Positions 36,925 to 46,822 of a stretch of DNA of 64,000 bases are shown piece by piece. How positions within the stretch are numbered: the first letter of the stretch is position 1; each line of letters opens with the position of its first letter. The position numbers were made by a program, and so were the translations under genes. Source of the stretch: Candidatus Diapherotrites archaeon ADurb.Bin253 (GTDB lineage Archaea; Nanobdellota; Nanobdellia; Pacearchaeales; GW2011-AR1); contig MWBV01000002.1 of NCBI GenBank assembly GCA_002069705.1, positions 2,691 through 66,690 on the forward strand. The letters run 5' to 3'. Under the pieces are notes generated by a model, which made no database searches, was not told the origin of the DNA, and saw nothing but the letters and a program-made list of their open reading frames with translations.

Positions 36925-37041
36925 GAGGATTTAGAGAAAAATTAGTTTAAAAACTTTGCCTAAAGTTTTTAGATAGAACAAAGTGATATCTAAGAGTTCT
37001 TCGGTTTTGTTTTTAAGGCATTAAATTAAAAGAATCATTTC

Positions 37042-38220
37042 CTACTTCAAACTCTTTTCAATTTCAATTAATCTTTTTATTTTGTATTCTCTTTCTTTTC
37101 CAGTTATTCCACATTTCAAGAAATCAGCCTGAAATCCAAAAGCTAAATCAGATAAAATTGTTTCATTTGTCTCTCCACTTCTGTGTGAGAATATCATTTT
37201 TATATTATTTTCTTTAGCAATTTCACAAACTTTTTTAACTTCAATAAGAGAACCGCATTGGTTTGGTTTAACAATTATAGCGTTAATAGATTTCATTTCA
37301 ATTGCTTTTTTTAATCTCTTAGAGTTTGTTACAGTTAAGTCATCTCCTACAATAAGTGAATTAGGACATTTTTTTAGAAGTTTGGAAAAGCTTTCAAAAT
37401 CTTCTTCCTGAATAGGGTCTTCAACATATAAAATATTATAATTCTTAATTAAATTTCCAACATAAGTTAATTGTTCATCAATTTCTCTTTTCAACATAGG
37501 ATTTTCATAATGGTATTTTCCTCTATGATAAAATCCAGAAGAAGCAATATCTAATCCAATTGGAACATCAAGTTCTTTTAAAATATCTAAAACTTCTTTT
37601 TCATTTAGTGATGTTATCCAGGCATCTTCATCGTTTTTCTGGTATTTGAATGATTTATCTTTCTTTTTCAAAATAAATCCAGCTTTTTCTTTTGCTTCTT
37701 TATTTATTTTAAATGATTTTTCAGGAGAATTCCCTTCGGGTATTAAAAGAAATTCCTGAAAATCAGGTTTCTTACCTTTTACTTCAGAATGTGCTCCTCC
37801 CCCTATGCAATTTCCAACAAGTCTTGGGAATTTCTTTTCTTTTTCTTCTCTGAGTGTTGGATTAACTATCTCCCATATTTGTTTTTTCTTTTCATCTGCA
37901 ATTGCCTTTAAGACTGCAGATTCAAATGCAAATAAGGTATTTCCACCTATATGTCCATCTAAAATATCTTCTACTCTTTTCAAATCCTCATATTCATCAA
38001 GTATTTCTTCAGAAAAATATTCTTTAAATTGTTTTATTGTCTTTATGTCATCTTCAAGGCTTTTTTTATAACAATGAACTTCATATTTTCCAGTAGATTT
38101 TCCAGACGGAGAAGAAGCTTTGAATGTTTTTCCTGAATTAGTTTTTATAGAAACAAGTATTGTTTTTTCTTTTCTTGAATCAAAAATGCTCTTGGCCGAA
38201 ACCTCTCTTATTACAACCAT
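37042..38220 (-). CDS. eno: Enolase-family protein (short, divergent)
   Basis: SPSGKSTGKYE, YVEDPIQEEDF, VKPNQCGSL and FSHRSGETNET match enolase catalytic signatures. 392 aa is shorter than typical enolases. Confidence 0.75.
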   Translation of the reverse strand: MVVIREVSAKSIFDSRKEKTILVSIKTNSGKTFKASSPSGKSTGKYEVHCYKKSLEDDIKTIKQFKEYFSEEILDEYEDLKRVEDILDGHIGGNTLFAFESAVLKAIADEKKKQIWEIVNPTLREEKEKKFPRLVGNCIGGGAHSEVKGKKPDFQEFLLIPEGNSPEKSFKINKEAKEKAGFILKKKDKSFKYQKNDEDAWITSLNEKEVLDILKELDVPIGLDIASSGFYHRGKYHYENPMLKREIDEQLTYVGNLIKNYNILYVEDPIQEEDFESFSKLLKKCPNSLIVGDDLTVTNSKRLKKAIEMKSINAIIVKPNQCGSLIEVKKVCEIAKENNIKMIFSHRSGETNETILSDLAFGFQADFLKCGITGKEREYKIKRLIEIEKSLK

Positions 38221-38256
38221 AATTTAAGAAAAAATTAGTTCTTTATAAGGTTTTGT

Positions 38257-38604
38257 TTATACTTTAAGTCCTTTAAATTTTATTGAAACCTCTTCTCCAT
38301 TTATTAAAGGGTTCTTCTTAAAATGAAGATAATAGTAATCAGCATATCTTTCTGCAGAGTTCGCATATCGCAAATCAACATTCATACTTGACCCATCTTC
38401 TGATGTAAATCTTCCTGCAATTTCATATTTTTCATTTAACTTTGGAATATAAGGAAATTTTTTTCTTGCAATAGTATCAAGCTTATTTCCCTTTATTACT
38501 ACTTGTCTTCCTCTACTTTCAAACATAACATAGTCACCTGAGAATCCTTTCCCAAATGCCATGCTAACAAGCTTATTTATTTCATTTAATTCTGGTTTTT
38601 CCAT
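38257..38604 (-). CDS. Hypothetical protein, 115 aa
   Basis: Track ORF lying between rpoK and eno. No motif recognised. Confidence 0.45.
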   Translation of the reverse strand: MEKPELNEINKLVSMAFGKGFSGDYVMFESRGRQVVIKGNKLDTIARKKFPYIPKLNEKYEIAGRFTSEDGSSMNVDLRYANSAERYADYYYLHFKKNPLINGEEVSIKFKGLKV

Positions 38605-38677
38605 ATTTTCTAAAAGCGTAAATTCTTTATAAATATTTCGATATTGTAACTATTTTAGAATTAATACAAAATACAGT

Positions 38678-39073
38678 TTACTCTCCGTATTCTCCATCAC
38701 CATCTCCATCACTTGAGCCTTCATATTCATCTTCAGGATTTGCAAGCTCCATTATCTCGCTTTCATCTGCCATTTTTTCTTCTTCAATATCTTCACCACT
38801 TTCAACTTTCTTATCGCTTGCTTTAGGTGTAGCATCTCTCTTTAGTTTTCCTTCTTTCTTTTCAGGGAAAGGTTTCCTTATTGATATTGGCAAAACTCCT
38901 GAATCAAGTTCAACCTCAGCAATCTTAAGAACATCATAATTAATTTTTTGCAAGTCCTCTTCACTTATCTTCAATAAAAGAGGAGCATTCATAGCAAGTT
39001 GCAATGCTCTTGCACCAAGAATTCTTGCTTTTTCATATTTTGTGAAGTTTTGAGTTTCTGTTGGAGGCGCCAT
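38678..39073 (-). CDS. rpoK: RNA polymerase subunit K (Rpo6) with acidic C-terminal extension
   Basis: TKYEKARILGARALQLAMNAPLLL is the Rpo6 core. The roughly 65-aa tail is rich in D/E (ESGEDIEEEKMADESE...DGDGDGEYGE). Confidence 0.8.
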   Translation of the reverse strand: MAPPTETQNFTKYEKARILGARALQLAMNAPLLLKISEEDLQKINYDVLKIAEVELDSGVLPISIRKPFPEKKEGKLKRDATPKASDKKVESGEDIEEEKMADESEIMELANPEDEYEGSSDGDGDGEYGE

Positions 39074-39088
39074 TTTATCTTTTTGTTA

Positions 39089-39901
39089 TTATTTCAATTG
39101 TGCATTAACCTTTTTAAATAATTCTTTCCAGGATTTTTCCACTATTTCAAAGCATTTTTTAATTTCTTCTGCACTGAAACAGCCTGAATTTCCTTTTTGT
39201 AAAGAGTGTATAATTCCTTCTGAACTTCCAATAGATATTCTAGCTTCACTCACATCTTCTTCTTCTCTTGTTGGGTCAACAATAAGATGTTTACCTATCT
39301 TATGAACTGTGATTGTAAATGGGTTCATTTCTCTTAAAGGAAGTTTTCCTATATACTCTTTATAATCTACTTTTTCTTTTTCTTCATCGTATTTTGGAAT
39401 TTTTGCAAGTTTCAAGGCCGCAACAGCACCAATTCCAGCAGCATCTAGAATATTTCCATCATCATTTATTGTATAAATATCTATGAAAACTGTCCAAACT
39501 TTTTCTCCTTCTTTAATACATAATTTTTCAAGTTCAATGAATTTACTTTCTCTTATAATTCTGTCAATTATTCTTCCAGTTTCAATTGAATCAAATTTAG
39601 GGGGTCCAAGTTCTATTCTTGATGAACTTAGAGGTAAGAATTCTGCTGTTACCATTAAATTTCCTTTATTTGGAGAATCAGGATAAGGAGTAGCAGTTTC
39701 CATTTTAACTCCGACAATAACTTCTGTTTTTCCAACTTTAACTTTTACAGAACCTTCTGCTTTATTAGAAACATTTGGCTCTACAATTATATTTCTGAAT
39801 TCATCTGTTTTTCTTCCGTCAAATCTTTTTCCCTGCTCTAGATATTTTTTTATTCTTTCAGCAGTCACTTTAGTTGTTATGTCTATTTCTTCTCCGCCCA
39901 T
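39089..39901 (-). CDS. rrp42: Exosome complex subunit Rrp42
   Basis: RNase PH-like fold with KRFDGRKTDEFRNIIVEPNVSNKAEGSVKVKVGKTEVIVGV. It follows rrp41 in the operon. Confidence 0.85.
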   Translation of the reverse strand: MGGEEIDITTKVTAERIKKYLEQGKRFDGRKTDEFRNIIVEPNVSNKAEGSVKVKVGKTEVIVGVKMETATPYPDSPNKGNLMVTAEFLPLSSSRIELGPPKFDSIETGRIIDRIIRESKFIELEKLCIKEGEKVWTVFIDIYTINDDGNILDAAGIGAVAALKLAKIPKYDEEKEKVDYKEYIGKLPLREMNPFTITVHKIGKHLIVDPTREEEDVSEARISIGSSEGIIHSLQKGNSGCFSAEEIKKCFEIVEKSWKELFKKVNAQLK

Positions 39902-39902
39902 T

Positions 39903-40619
39903 TTAATCTTCTCCTCCTGTTAAATCAATTGAATCTTTAAGAGCTTTTTTTTGAACTTCATAAATCTGTTCACATGATTTTTTTGCAAGCTCAACTGCTT
40001 CCATTAATTGTTTAGAATCTATTTTTCCATCTAATTGAAAGTGAGTTATATCTCCAGAGTGTGTCATTGAAATTGGAATGTCTGTAGGTCCTTCACCTTC
40101 TTCATAATCTTCTTCCTCTTTACTTAAATCAACAACAATTGTTTTGTCTAATTTTCCAACAGAAACACTTGATACCATATCTTTCATAGGTATTCCAGCA
40201 TGAGCAAGAGCCATTGCAGCAGCATTTATTCCTGCACATCTTGTCCCAGCATCTGCCTGAATTATATTTATATGAACATCAACAACCATATTCTGAAATT
40301 TGTCAAGCATTAAAACAGGTTCTAATGCCCACTCTGTTATTTTAGAAATTTCTGTGCTTCTTCTCGACGGTCCGGGTCTTATTCTTTCAGAAACAGAGAA
40401 ACTATTCATATTATAAGTGCACCTTAAAGTTCCTTTTTCAGGATTCTGTGAGTGTTGAGGATGCATTTTCTTTGGACCATAAACAGCTGCTATTGCAATT
40501 GTTTCACCTGACCTATACATTGCACTCCCATCTGCATTTGGAACTATTCCTACTTTAGCCTCAAATTCTCTAAGCTCATCAACTTTCCTTCCATCTGGTC
40601 TTTTAAAACTACTTGTCAT
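39903..40619 (-). CDS. rrp41: Exosome complex exonuclease Rrp41
   Basis: RPDGRKVDELREFEAKVGIVPNADGSAMYRSGETIAIAAVYGP and IIQADAGTRCAGINAA. Confidence 0.9.
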   Translation of the reverse strand: MTSSFKRPDGRKVDELREFEAKVGIVPNADGSAMYRSGETIAIAAVYGPKKMHPQHSQNPEKGTLRCTYNMNSFSVSERIRPGPSRRSTEISKITEWALEPVLMLDKFQNMVVDVHINIIQADAGTRCAGINAAAMALAHAGIPMKDMVSSVSVGKLDKTIVVDLSKEEEDYEEGEGPTDIPISMTHSGDITHFQLDGKIDSKQLMEAVELAKKSCEQIYEVQKKALKDSIDLTGGED

Positions 40620-40620
40620 A

Positions 40621-41349
40621 TTAATCTTCTTCTTTATCTCCTGATTTTTCTTCAGTTTTTTTAGTTTCTTTTTTCACACCTCCATTTTCCTTGAACCATT
40701 CTTCAACTTTTTCAGTTAATCCTTCCATGAATGATTTTTCAGTTATAAACATTATAGCTTTTTTTGCAAATAATTCATCTTCTATTTTATCTCCTTTAAT
40801 CCAAATATACCCATTCTGTCCGACTGTTATATTGCAGTTAGTATAATCTCTTATTATTTTTATCATACTTCCTTCTTTTCCAATAACTCTTGGAACTTTA
40901 TTTGAGTTTATTCTGAAAACAATTCCTTCGTCTATTCTTCCAAGTCCTCTTGCTTTCATAGTTAAATCAATTCCTCTTCCATTTACTGAGAAAATCTGAA
41001 CAACGCAAATATCTCCTATTTTCATAACTTCATCTAATCTGTCTTTAGCAACATATCTTGGAGTTTCCATTATTGGCAAGAAAGCATTTTCAGCAGTCCC
41101 AATATCAATCACCCATCCATTGAATGTTATTAAATTACATTTTCCTATAACAATATTCCCTCTTCTTGGTTGATAAACTCCAGAAAGTGGAATTACTTTT
41201 ACAAGTCTGTTATGCTCTTCAGCTAAACCATATCTTAAAGCAACTATCTTATTTCCTTGTTTCTCAGTTCCTTCTCCAGGTAAATATGCATCTCCTTCTT
41301 TGATTGTCTCTCCGGGTATTACAACTGTTCTTTTATGTTCTTCTGTCAT
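40621..41349 (-). CDS. rrp4: Exosome complex RNA-binding subunit Rrp4 (S1 + KH)
   Basis: VIPGETIKEGDAYLPGEGT, an S1-like middle region, and KH-like VPRVIGKEGSMIKIIRDYTNCNITVGQNGYIWI. Confidence 0.85.
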   Translation of the reverse strand: MTEEHKRTVVIPGETIKEGDAYLPGEGTEKQGNKIVALRYGLAEEHNRLVKVIPLSGVYQPRRGNIVIGKCNLITFNGWVIDIGTAENAFLPIMETPRYVAKDRLDEVMKIGDICVVQIFSVNGRGIDLTMKARGLGRIDEGIVFRINSNKVPRVIGKEGSMIKIIRDYTNCNITVGQNGYIWIKGDKIEDELFAKKAIMFITEKSFMEGLTEKVEEWFKENGGVKKETKKTEEKSGDKEED

Positions 41350-41350
41350 T

Positions 41351-42022
41351 TTATTCTTTTATTTCATTTGTTATTGCACTTCCGCGCGTTACTGAATTTA
41401 ATTTATCATAAAAGTCCATAATCATTCCAGATGGAACTTCTACAATAACTTCAAGACTCCCGTCATTTAACCAGTTTTCTGAGGTCTTATAAGTTGCAAC
41501 AACTCCATAAGCTTTTCCTGTGTGTAATGCAGGGATTTTTATCTTGACTTTTTTTGTCTCAATTTTGATTGGAATCAATAAACTTATCTTTTCAAGAATT
41601 TCGTTAATTTGATTTTCTATTGATGTATTCTTGATATTAACATTTGCTTGTTCAAGAGCATTTTTAATCCTTTCGGCTGTATGAGGTCTTCCTGTTTGAG
41701 GATCATAGGAATTTTTAGTTAAAAAATCAACAACCTGCTTGAACCTTTTTTCCTGTTCAGCATCTCTATACTCTTGTGTTGTCAGTATCTCTCCTTCTTT
41801 TACAATCTTTTTTACAATTTCATGAGTGTCTGTTGTTCCAAATGCATCTTTAAGTTCTTTTTCAGAAGCCCTTTCACCTTTCTTCATATCTTTGAATATA
41901 AATTCAGTTTCTGCTTGAATAAATTCACTTAAACCTTTTTTGAATTTTAACGCATCATCCAAATCAACTATTATCTCAAAATTCTTTCCTGTTTTTTTTA
42001 TTCTTGCAGTTGTATTAGTCAT
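41351..42022 (-). CDS. sdo1: SBDS/Sdo1 family ribosome maturation protein
   Basis: ARIKKTGKNFEIIVDLDDALKFKKG at the N-terminus, in the conserved position between psmA and rrp4. Confidence 0.8.
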   Translation of the reverse strand: MTNTTARIKKTGKNFEIIVDLDDALKFKKGLSEFIQAETEFIFKDMKKGERASEKELKDAFGTTDTHEIVKKIVKEGEILTTQEYRDAEQEKRFKQVVDFLTKNSYDPQTGRPHTAERIKNALEQANVNIKNTSIENQINEILEKISLLIPIKIETKKVKIKIPALHTGKAYGVVATYKTSENWLNDGSLEVIVEVPSGMIMDFYDKLNSVTRGSAITNEIKE

Positions 42023-42028
42023 TTGATT

Positions 42029-42748
42029 TTATAATTCTTTAATGCTTTCCCCTTCCAGTTTCTTTAATTTTGCAGTTTCTTTTGGAATATATGCTAATTC
42101 AAATTTTTTAATATTAAATTTACTTCCCTGCACTTTCTCAAATATTTCAAGTGCAAGTTTAACCCCTTGTTTTATAGAGAGGTCTTGTTTGTATTTTTCT
42201 CTTAATTCTTCTTTTATTTTATCATCATTCTCTCCAATTACATTTGTATAATATGAGAAATAATTTCCTGTTACATCACTCACAAAAACTTCTCCTTTCT
42301 TTCCATTTATCCCTGCAATCATCATTGAAACTCCAAAAGGTCTTGCTCCTCCATATTGGGTGAATTGCTGTTTCATATTTGCAATCTCTTTTATGACTAA
42401 TTCAGGTTCTATAGGAGAATTATATGTTACTCTGTGTTGCTGTGAGAAAAGCTGAGCTCTTTCTATGAGTATTCTTGCATCAGAAAATATTCCTGCAGAA
42501 CTAGCTATAATGTGAGAATCAACTTCAGATATTTTATTAACAGACCCTTTAACAACAAGTTTGTCTTCTGTTCTTTTATCTGCCAGTATAAACACTCCAT
42601 CTGAACAAACCATCCCTATACTTGAGCTTCCAAGTCTTACTGTTTTTTCAGCATATTCAACTTGAAGCAAATGTCCTTCTGGAGAAAACATAGTAGCTGT
42701 TCTATCATAACCCATTGCTTGATGTTGTATGTCCATAGGCATATCCAT
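42029..42748 (-). CDS. psmA: Proteasome subunit alpha
   Basis: GYDRTATMFSPEGHLLQVEYAEKTV is the canonical alpha-subunit N-terminal signature. Confidence 0.9.
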   Translation of the reverse strand: MDMPMDIQHQAMGYDRTATMFSPEGHLLQVEYAEKTVRLGSSSIGMVCSDGVFILADKRTEDKLVVKGSVNKISEVDSHIIASSAGIFSDARILIERAQLFSQQHRVTYNSPIEPELVIKEIANMKQQFTQYGGARPFGVSMMIAGINGKKGEVFVSDVTGNYFSYYTNVIGENDDKIKEELREKYKQDLSIKQGVKLALEIFEKVQGSKFNIKKFELAYIPKETAKLKKLEGESIKEL

Positions 42749-42874
42749 TCTATATCAAGAGAATTTTATAATTATTTAGTTTTTTCTCTATTCCTGTTCA
42801 AATTTAACATTTTTAGAAGTTTTTAAGGTTTTTGGTGAACATTTTTATTAATTTAAACAGGATTTCTTTGTATT

Positions 42875-43156
42875 TTATCTGCTTAAACCTTTCAAAGTTC
42901 CACTAACCTTCAAGACCTCCATTCTCTCATGGAAGACAGCAATACTCGCCCTAACTAAATCAACTGCTTCCCTATTAACTGAGATAATTATTTTATCTTT
43001 ATCTGATTTAATAAAACTTAAACCACACTTGCTCATTCCTAACTTTCCTGAAAATTCCAGAATTGCCTTTTCAATATTTTCTTTTAAGTATTTACCCTCT
43101 CCCCTAACAACAAGATACCTTTTGTTTTCTTTATGAGATGCTATTAGTGCTTTCAT
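42875..43156 (-). CDS. rnp2: RNase P protein component Pop5 (Rnp2)
   Basis: KENKRYLVVRGEG, IIISVNREAVDLVRASIAV and VLKVSGTLKGL follow the Pop5/Rpp14 pattern. It sits in the conserved neighbourhood of psmA. Confidence 0.6.
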   Translation of the reverse strand: MKALIASHKENKRYLVVRGEGKYLKENIEKAILEFSGKLGMSKCGLSFIKSDKDKIIISVNREAVDLVRASIAVFHERMEVLKVSGTLKGLSR

Positions 43157-43202
43157 AATTTATTAAGGATAAAATAGTTTATATTTGTTATTGTATAAAG
43201 TT

Positions 43203-44648
43203 TTATTCAGAGAAATCCTCTGCTGTGTAAAGATAAACTTCTGTTCTATTGTCTTTCCAGCATTCAGCTTCCATCTCTCCTTTCAGACACAAATTACCTA
43301 AAAAATTTTCCTTTTCAGGTATAAATTCCCATACACTTGGAAGAAAAGTGCTTTGATGTAATCCTCTTTTTAAAACAACTCCATATACTTTATTTTCTAA
43401 TTCTGAAAGTAATTCCTGATAATTACTATGCTTAAACAGAGTCGGAACACTTAAAACACTAATATCAATTCTAGCTTCTTTTAATTCATTATATTTCATA
43501 GGAGAAAATCTGGGGTCATTTACAGCAGCATTTATTGAATTTTCAATTACACATTCATATAATGGTTTTTGAGGGATTATATATCCTATACATCCTCTTA
43601 ACTGTTCATCTTTAGTAAATGTAACAAAACACCCTTTTTCAACTCTTAAATTTTCAGGAACCTTTTCTGGATTTATTTTGAGTTTTGTTTTATCTTTAAG
43701 ATATTTTTCAGCACTCTCTCTAGCCAGAGAAAGCAAAAACTCTTTTTCTTCTTCACTAAAACTCTCAATAAAAACAACTGCAGAATATCCTACAACACTT
43801 GATTTATCTCCATTTATCTCTCCTGAATTAGTGTATGAAACAAGATATGGTTTCCAAGATTTTTCTTTTGCAATTTCTAATAAACCTGCAACTGCCCATG
43901 GAGCATCTATTTCTGCATTAAATATCCCTTTTGAATCTAATTCCAGTATTTTATTTAAAGAATAAGAATCAAGTATCAACGCTTCATCATATTTGTGATA
44001 ATGTGAAAGGTCTACACTCACAACAATTAAGTCTTCTTCATCTAAATATTTCAAAAGCACTTCTTTTAATTCTGTGCTATTTGTCTCTCCAACCAATAAA
44101 GGAACAATCTCAAATTCTTTAAGTTTAACTTGCAAAAAAGGAATTTCAAGTTCTAAGGAGTGTTCTTTTTCATGAGCTTCTTCAATGTTATTTATTATTT
44201 CTTCTTTCTCATCCATCTCTTTTGCCTTTTTACTAACCTTTACTTTTCCTAATGGGGTTGAATAATATTTAAAACCAGAAACAGAAACATTTTTCAGATA
44301 ATAATTATGACTTGGTCCCATTAAGAAAACTGTTTTATAATCTCCTTGCAATTGGTTAAATGCACTTGCAGCAATATTCCCAGAATACACATATCCTGCA
44401 TGAGGGACAATAACTGCTTTTACCCTTCCCTTAAAATCTATTCTTTTAGAATTATTAAAATATTCTTGAATTGATTTTTCAAGATTCTCTTTATTTGCAG
44501 GATACCATGTTCCAGCAAATTTAGCTTCCCTTATTTCTTCTTGGCTTATTTTATTTTTATTAGTCACTATAAATAAGACAATTAACACAATTATAAGGAT
44601 TACTATAAAAAATACAGTTAATTTCAAATTAAATCTCTTTTTTTTCAT
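43203..44648 (-). CDS. Fusion of MEMO1-like (AmmeMemoRadiSam protein B) and AMMECR1 (protein A) domains behind an N-terminal TM helix
   Basis: TM helix LKLTVFFIVILIIVLIVLFIV. MEMO motifs are AKFAGTWYPAN and AVIVPHAGYVYSG. The AMMECR1 motif is GCFVTFTKDEQLRGCIGYI. Confidence 0.75.
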   Translation of the reverse strand: MKKKRFNLKLTVFFIVILIIVLIVLFIVTNKNKISQEEIREAKFAGTWYPANKENLEKSIQEYFNNSKRIDFKGRVKAVIVPHAGYVYSGNIAASAFNQLQGDYKTVFLMGPSHNYYLKNVSVSGFKYYSTPLGKVKVSKKAKEMDEKEEIINNIEEAHEKEHSLELEIPFLQVKLKEFEIVPLLVGETNSTELKEVLLKYLDEEDLIVVSVDLSHYHKYDEALILDSYSLNKILELDSKGIFNAEIDAPWAVAGLLEIAKEKSWKPYLVSYTNSGEINGDKSSVVGYSAVVFIESFSEEEKEFLLSLARESAEKYLKDKTKLKINPEKVPENLRVEKGCFVTFTKDEQLRGCIGYIIPQKPLYECVIENSINAAVNDPRFSPMKYNELKEARIDISVLSVPTLFKHSNYQELLSELENKVYGVVLKRGLHQSTFLPSVWEFIPEKENFLGNLCLKGEMEAECWKDNRTEVYLYTAEDFSE

Positions 44649-44744
44649 CTCTAAATTAATATTCTCTCATCTAAAAATGTTCCTAAAAACATATTTAAAG
44701 CAATTATGCTAATTAATTATACAAAAAGAGAAGGATTTGCTGTA

Positions 44745-46088
44745 ATGGAAATTTGTACAATTGGCGGCTATGAAGAAGTTGGAAAAAACATGACTGCTGT
44801 TAAGGTTGATGATGATGTAATTATATTTGATGCAGGAATTTATCTTCCTCCATTAGTTGAATTACAGGAACAAGAAGTGCAAGCTAGTTACACAGAGAAT
44901 ATGTTGAGAGCAGCAAAAGCAATTCCAAATGATTTGGTTCTTGATAAATTAGGATGGACAGATAAAGTAAGAGCAATAGTAATAGGACACGCTCATCTTG
45001 ACCATGTTGGAGCATTACCTTATCTCGCAAATAGATATCCTAAAGCACAAATACTCGCGAGCCCATTTACAATGGCTGTTTTAGAAGGAATATTGAAAGA
45101 TGAAAAGATAAGCATGAGAAATAAACGAAAAATTGTAAACGAAAACTCAACTTATCAAATTAAAGGAAGTTCAGGAAATCTTAAGCTTGAATTCATAAAT
45201 ACAACCCATTCAACAATACAATCTCTTTTTATTGCATGGCATTCTAAAGAAGGAGTTTTCTTTTATGGATTGGATTTTAAGTTCGATAATCATCCTGTGA
45301 TTGGAGCTCCTCCAAATTATAAAAGATTAAAAGAATTAGGAAAATCAGGAATAAAATGTCTTGTAGTAGATGCATTATATTCAGATACAGATAGAAGAAC
45401 TGCTAGTGAGAGAATAGCAAGAAATTTACTTGAAGATGCATTAGGAAACATCCATGATAAAAAATCTGCTATATTTGTTACAACTTTTTCCTCTCATATT
45501 GCAAGATTAAAAAGCATTGTAGAGTTTGGACAAAAAACAGGCAGAAAAATATTCTTCTTAGGAAGAAGTCTTAACAAATATGTTGAAGCAGCAATAAAAG
45601 TAAATCAATGCCCATTCAAAAATAAAATAGAAATAATCAAATACAGGAGACAAATAAATTCTTTTTTAAAAAGAGTAGAATCTAACAGAGAAAAATATCT
45701 GATTGTATGTACAGGACATCAAGGAGAAAAAGGTTCTATATTAGATAGAGTTGTTCATGGACAAACCCCATTTAAATTTAGAACAGGAGATAATCTTATT
45801 TTTTCTTCTAGTATTATACCCGCTTCTGTTAATATCAATGCGCGTGAAAAGATGGATAACAAGTTGAGAAAACAGGGAGTAAGATTGCAAACAGATGTTC
45901 ATGTTTCAGGACACGGAGGTAGAGAAGATTTAAGAGATTTGTTGGGAATGTTAAAACCAGAACATTTAATCCCAGCTCATGGTACATTAAAACAGGAAGC
46001 CCCATTAATTGATTTAGCAAAAGAGATGGGATATAAATTTCAAGAAAACTCGCACTTATCTTCAAATGGTAAGGTAATAAAGATTTAA
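44745..46088 (+). CDS. rnj: Ribonuclease J (metallo-beta-lactamase / beta-CASP)
   Basis: The track ORF starts at 44706. The likely start is MEICTIGGYEEVGKNMTAV at 44745. The metallo-beta-lactamase motif is VIGHAHLDHVGALPYL. The beta-CASP end is HVSGHGGREDL. Confidence 0.8.
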   Translation: MEICTIGGYEEVGKNMTAVKVDDDVIIFDAGIYLPPLVELQEQEVQASYTENMLRAAKAIPNDLVLDKLGWTDKVRAIVIGHAHLDHVGALPYLANRYPKAQILASPFTMAVLEGILKDEKISMRNKRKIVNENSTYQIKGSSGNLKLEFINTTHSTIQSLFIAWHSKEGVFFYGLDFKFDNHPVIGAPPNYKRLKELGKSGIKCLVVDALYSDTDRRTASERIARNLLEDALGNIHDKKSAIFVTTFSSHIARLKSIVEFGQKTGRKIFFLGRSLNKYVEAAIKVNQCPFKNKIEIIKYRRQINSFLKRVESNREKYLIVCTGHQGEKGSILDRVVHGQTPFKFRTGDNLIFSSSIIPASVNINAREKMDNKLRKQGVRLQTDVHVSGHGGREDLRDLLGMLKPEHLIPAHGTLKQEAPLIDLAKEMGYKFQENSHLSSNGKVIKI

Positions 46089-46090
46089 AG

Positions 46091-46792
46091 ATGGCAAAGG
46101 TAAATGAAGAAATAGTTGGAGGATTAATATCTGCTCTATCAAGAAAAGAAACACTTGAAAAAGCAATGATGACTTTTTATAATGCAGGATATGAAAAAGA
46201 AGAAATTGAAGATTCTGCAAGAGATGTTTATAACAAGCTAGGCTCAAAAGGCATGGGTATTAATGGCTCATTGCAGGAAGCTCTGGATGATATTGCAAAT
46301 AAAGCAGGTGTTACTAAAAAAGAAAAACCTAAGGAAGAAGAATCCTCAGAAGAAGTTTCTCCAGACCCTAATTTAAACATTAAACATATACCAGAAAAGA
46401 AACCTGAAACAAAACCAGAATCAATTCAAGATTCATCTATAAAAGAAGATATTTCAAGTAATAAACAAGTTTCAATTTATGGTTCAGATGATTCTCCTTC
46501 TAATTATCAGAATCCAGATGAATTAACTAAAAAAATAGAAGAAGCAATAAAAGGATTAAGGCCAGTAAATATTCCATCAAAAATAGAAATAGTTAATAGG
46601 AGTGAATTTTCTAAATCTCCAACAGTTGTTCAGCATGTTTCAGGTTATACAGAACCTCAAATAAAACCAGCAAGCAAGGCTGTAACTTATATGTTAATAT
46701 TTATCCTTATAATTCTTTTAGGAGCATTAGTTGCAGTTTTCTTGTTTAAAGATGAATTAATACGATTGTTTAATGAATTAGGTTTAGGATAA
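46091..46792 (+). CDS. Hypothetical tail-anchored protein, 233 aa
   Basis: Track ORF starting 2 nt after the rnj stop. It has a low-complexity middle and a C-terminal TM (VTYMLIFILIILLGALVAVFLF). Confidence 0.5.
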   Translation: MAKVNEEIVGGLISALSRKETLEKAMMTFYNAGYEKEEIEDSARDVYNKLGSKGMGINGSLQEALDDIANKAGVTKKEKPKEEESSEEVSPDPNLNIKHIPEKKPETKPESIQDSSIKEDISSNKQVSIYGSDDSPSNYQNPDELTKKIEEAIKGLRPVNIPSKIEIVNRSEFSKSPTVVQHVSGYTEPQIKPASKAVTYMLIFILIILLGALVAVFLFKDELIRLFNELGLG

Positions 46793-46822
46793 ATTAATAA
46801 TATGCTTCTTTTTTAATAAGAA

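Noticed and set aside
36948-36971. Perfect 10-bp hairpin TAAAAACTTT-GCCT-AAAGTTTTTA between eno and rps2, as a terminator or attenuator
   Set aside because: The stem is almost entirely A-T, so weak. Archaeal termination relies on T-tracts rather than hairpins, and such palindromes are expected by chance at this composition. It is not supportable as a feature without transcript data.
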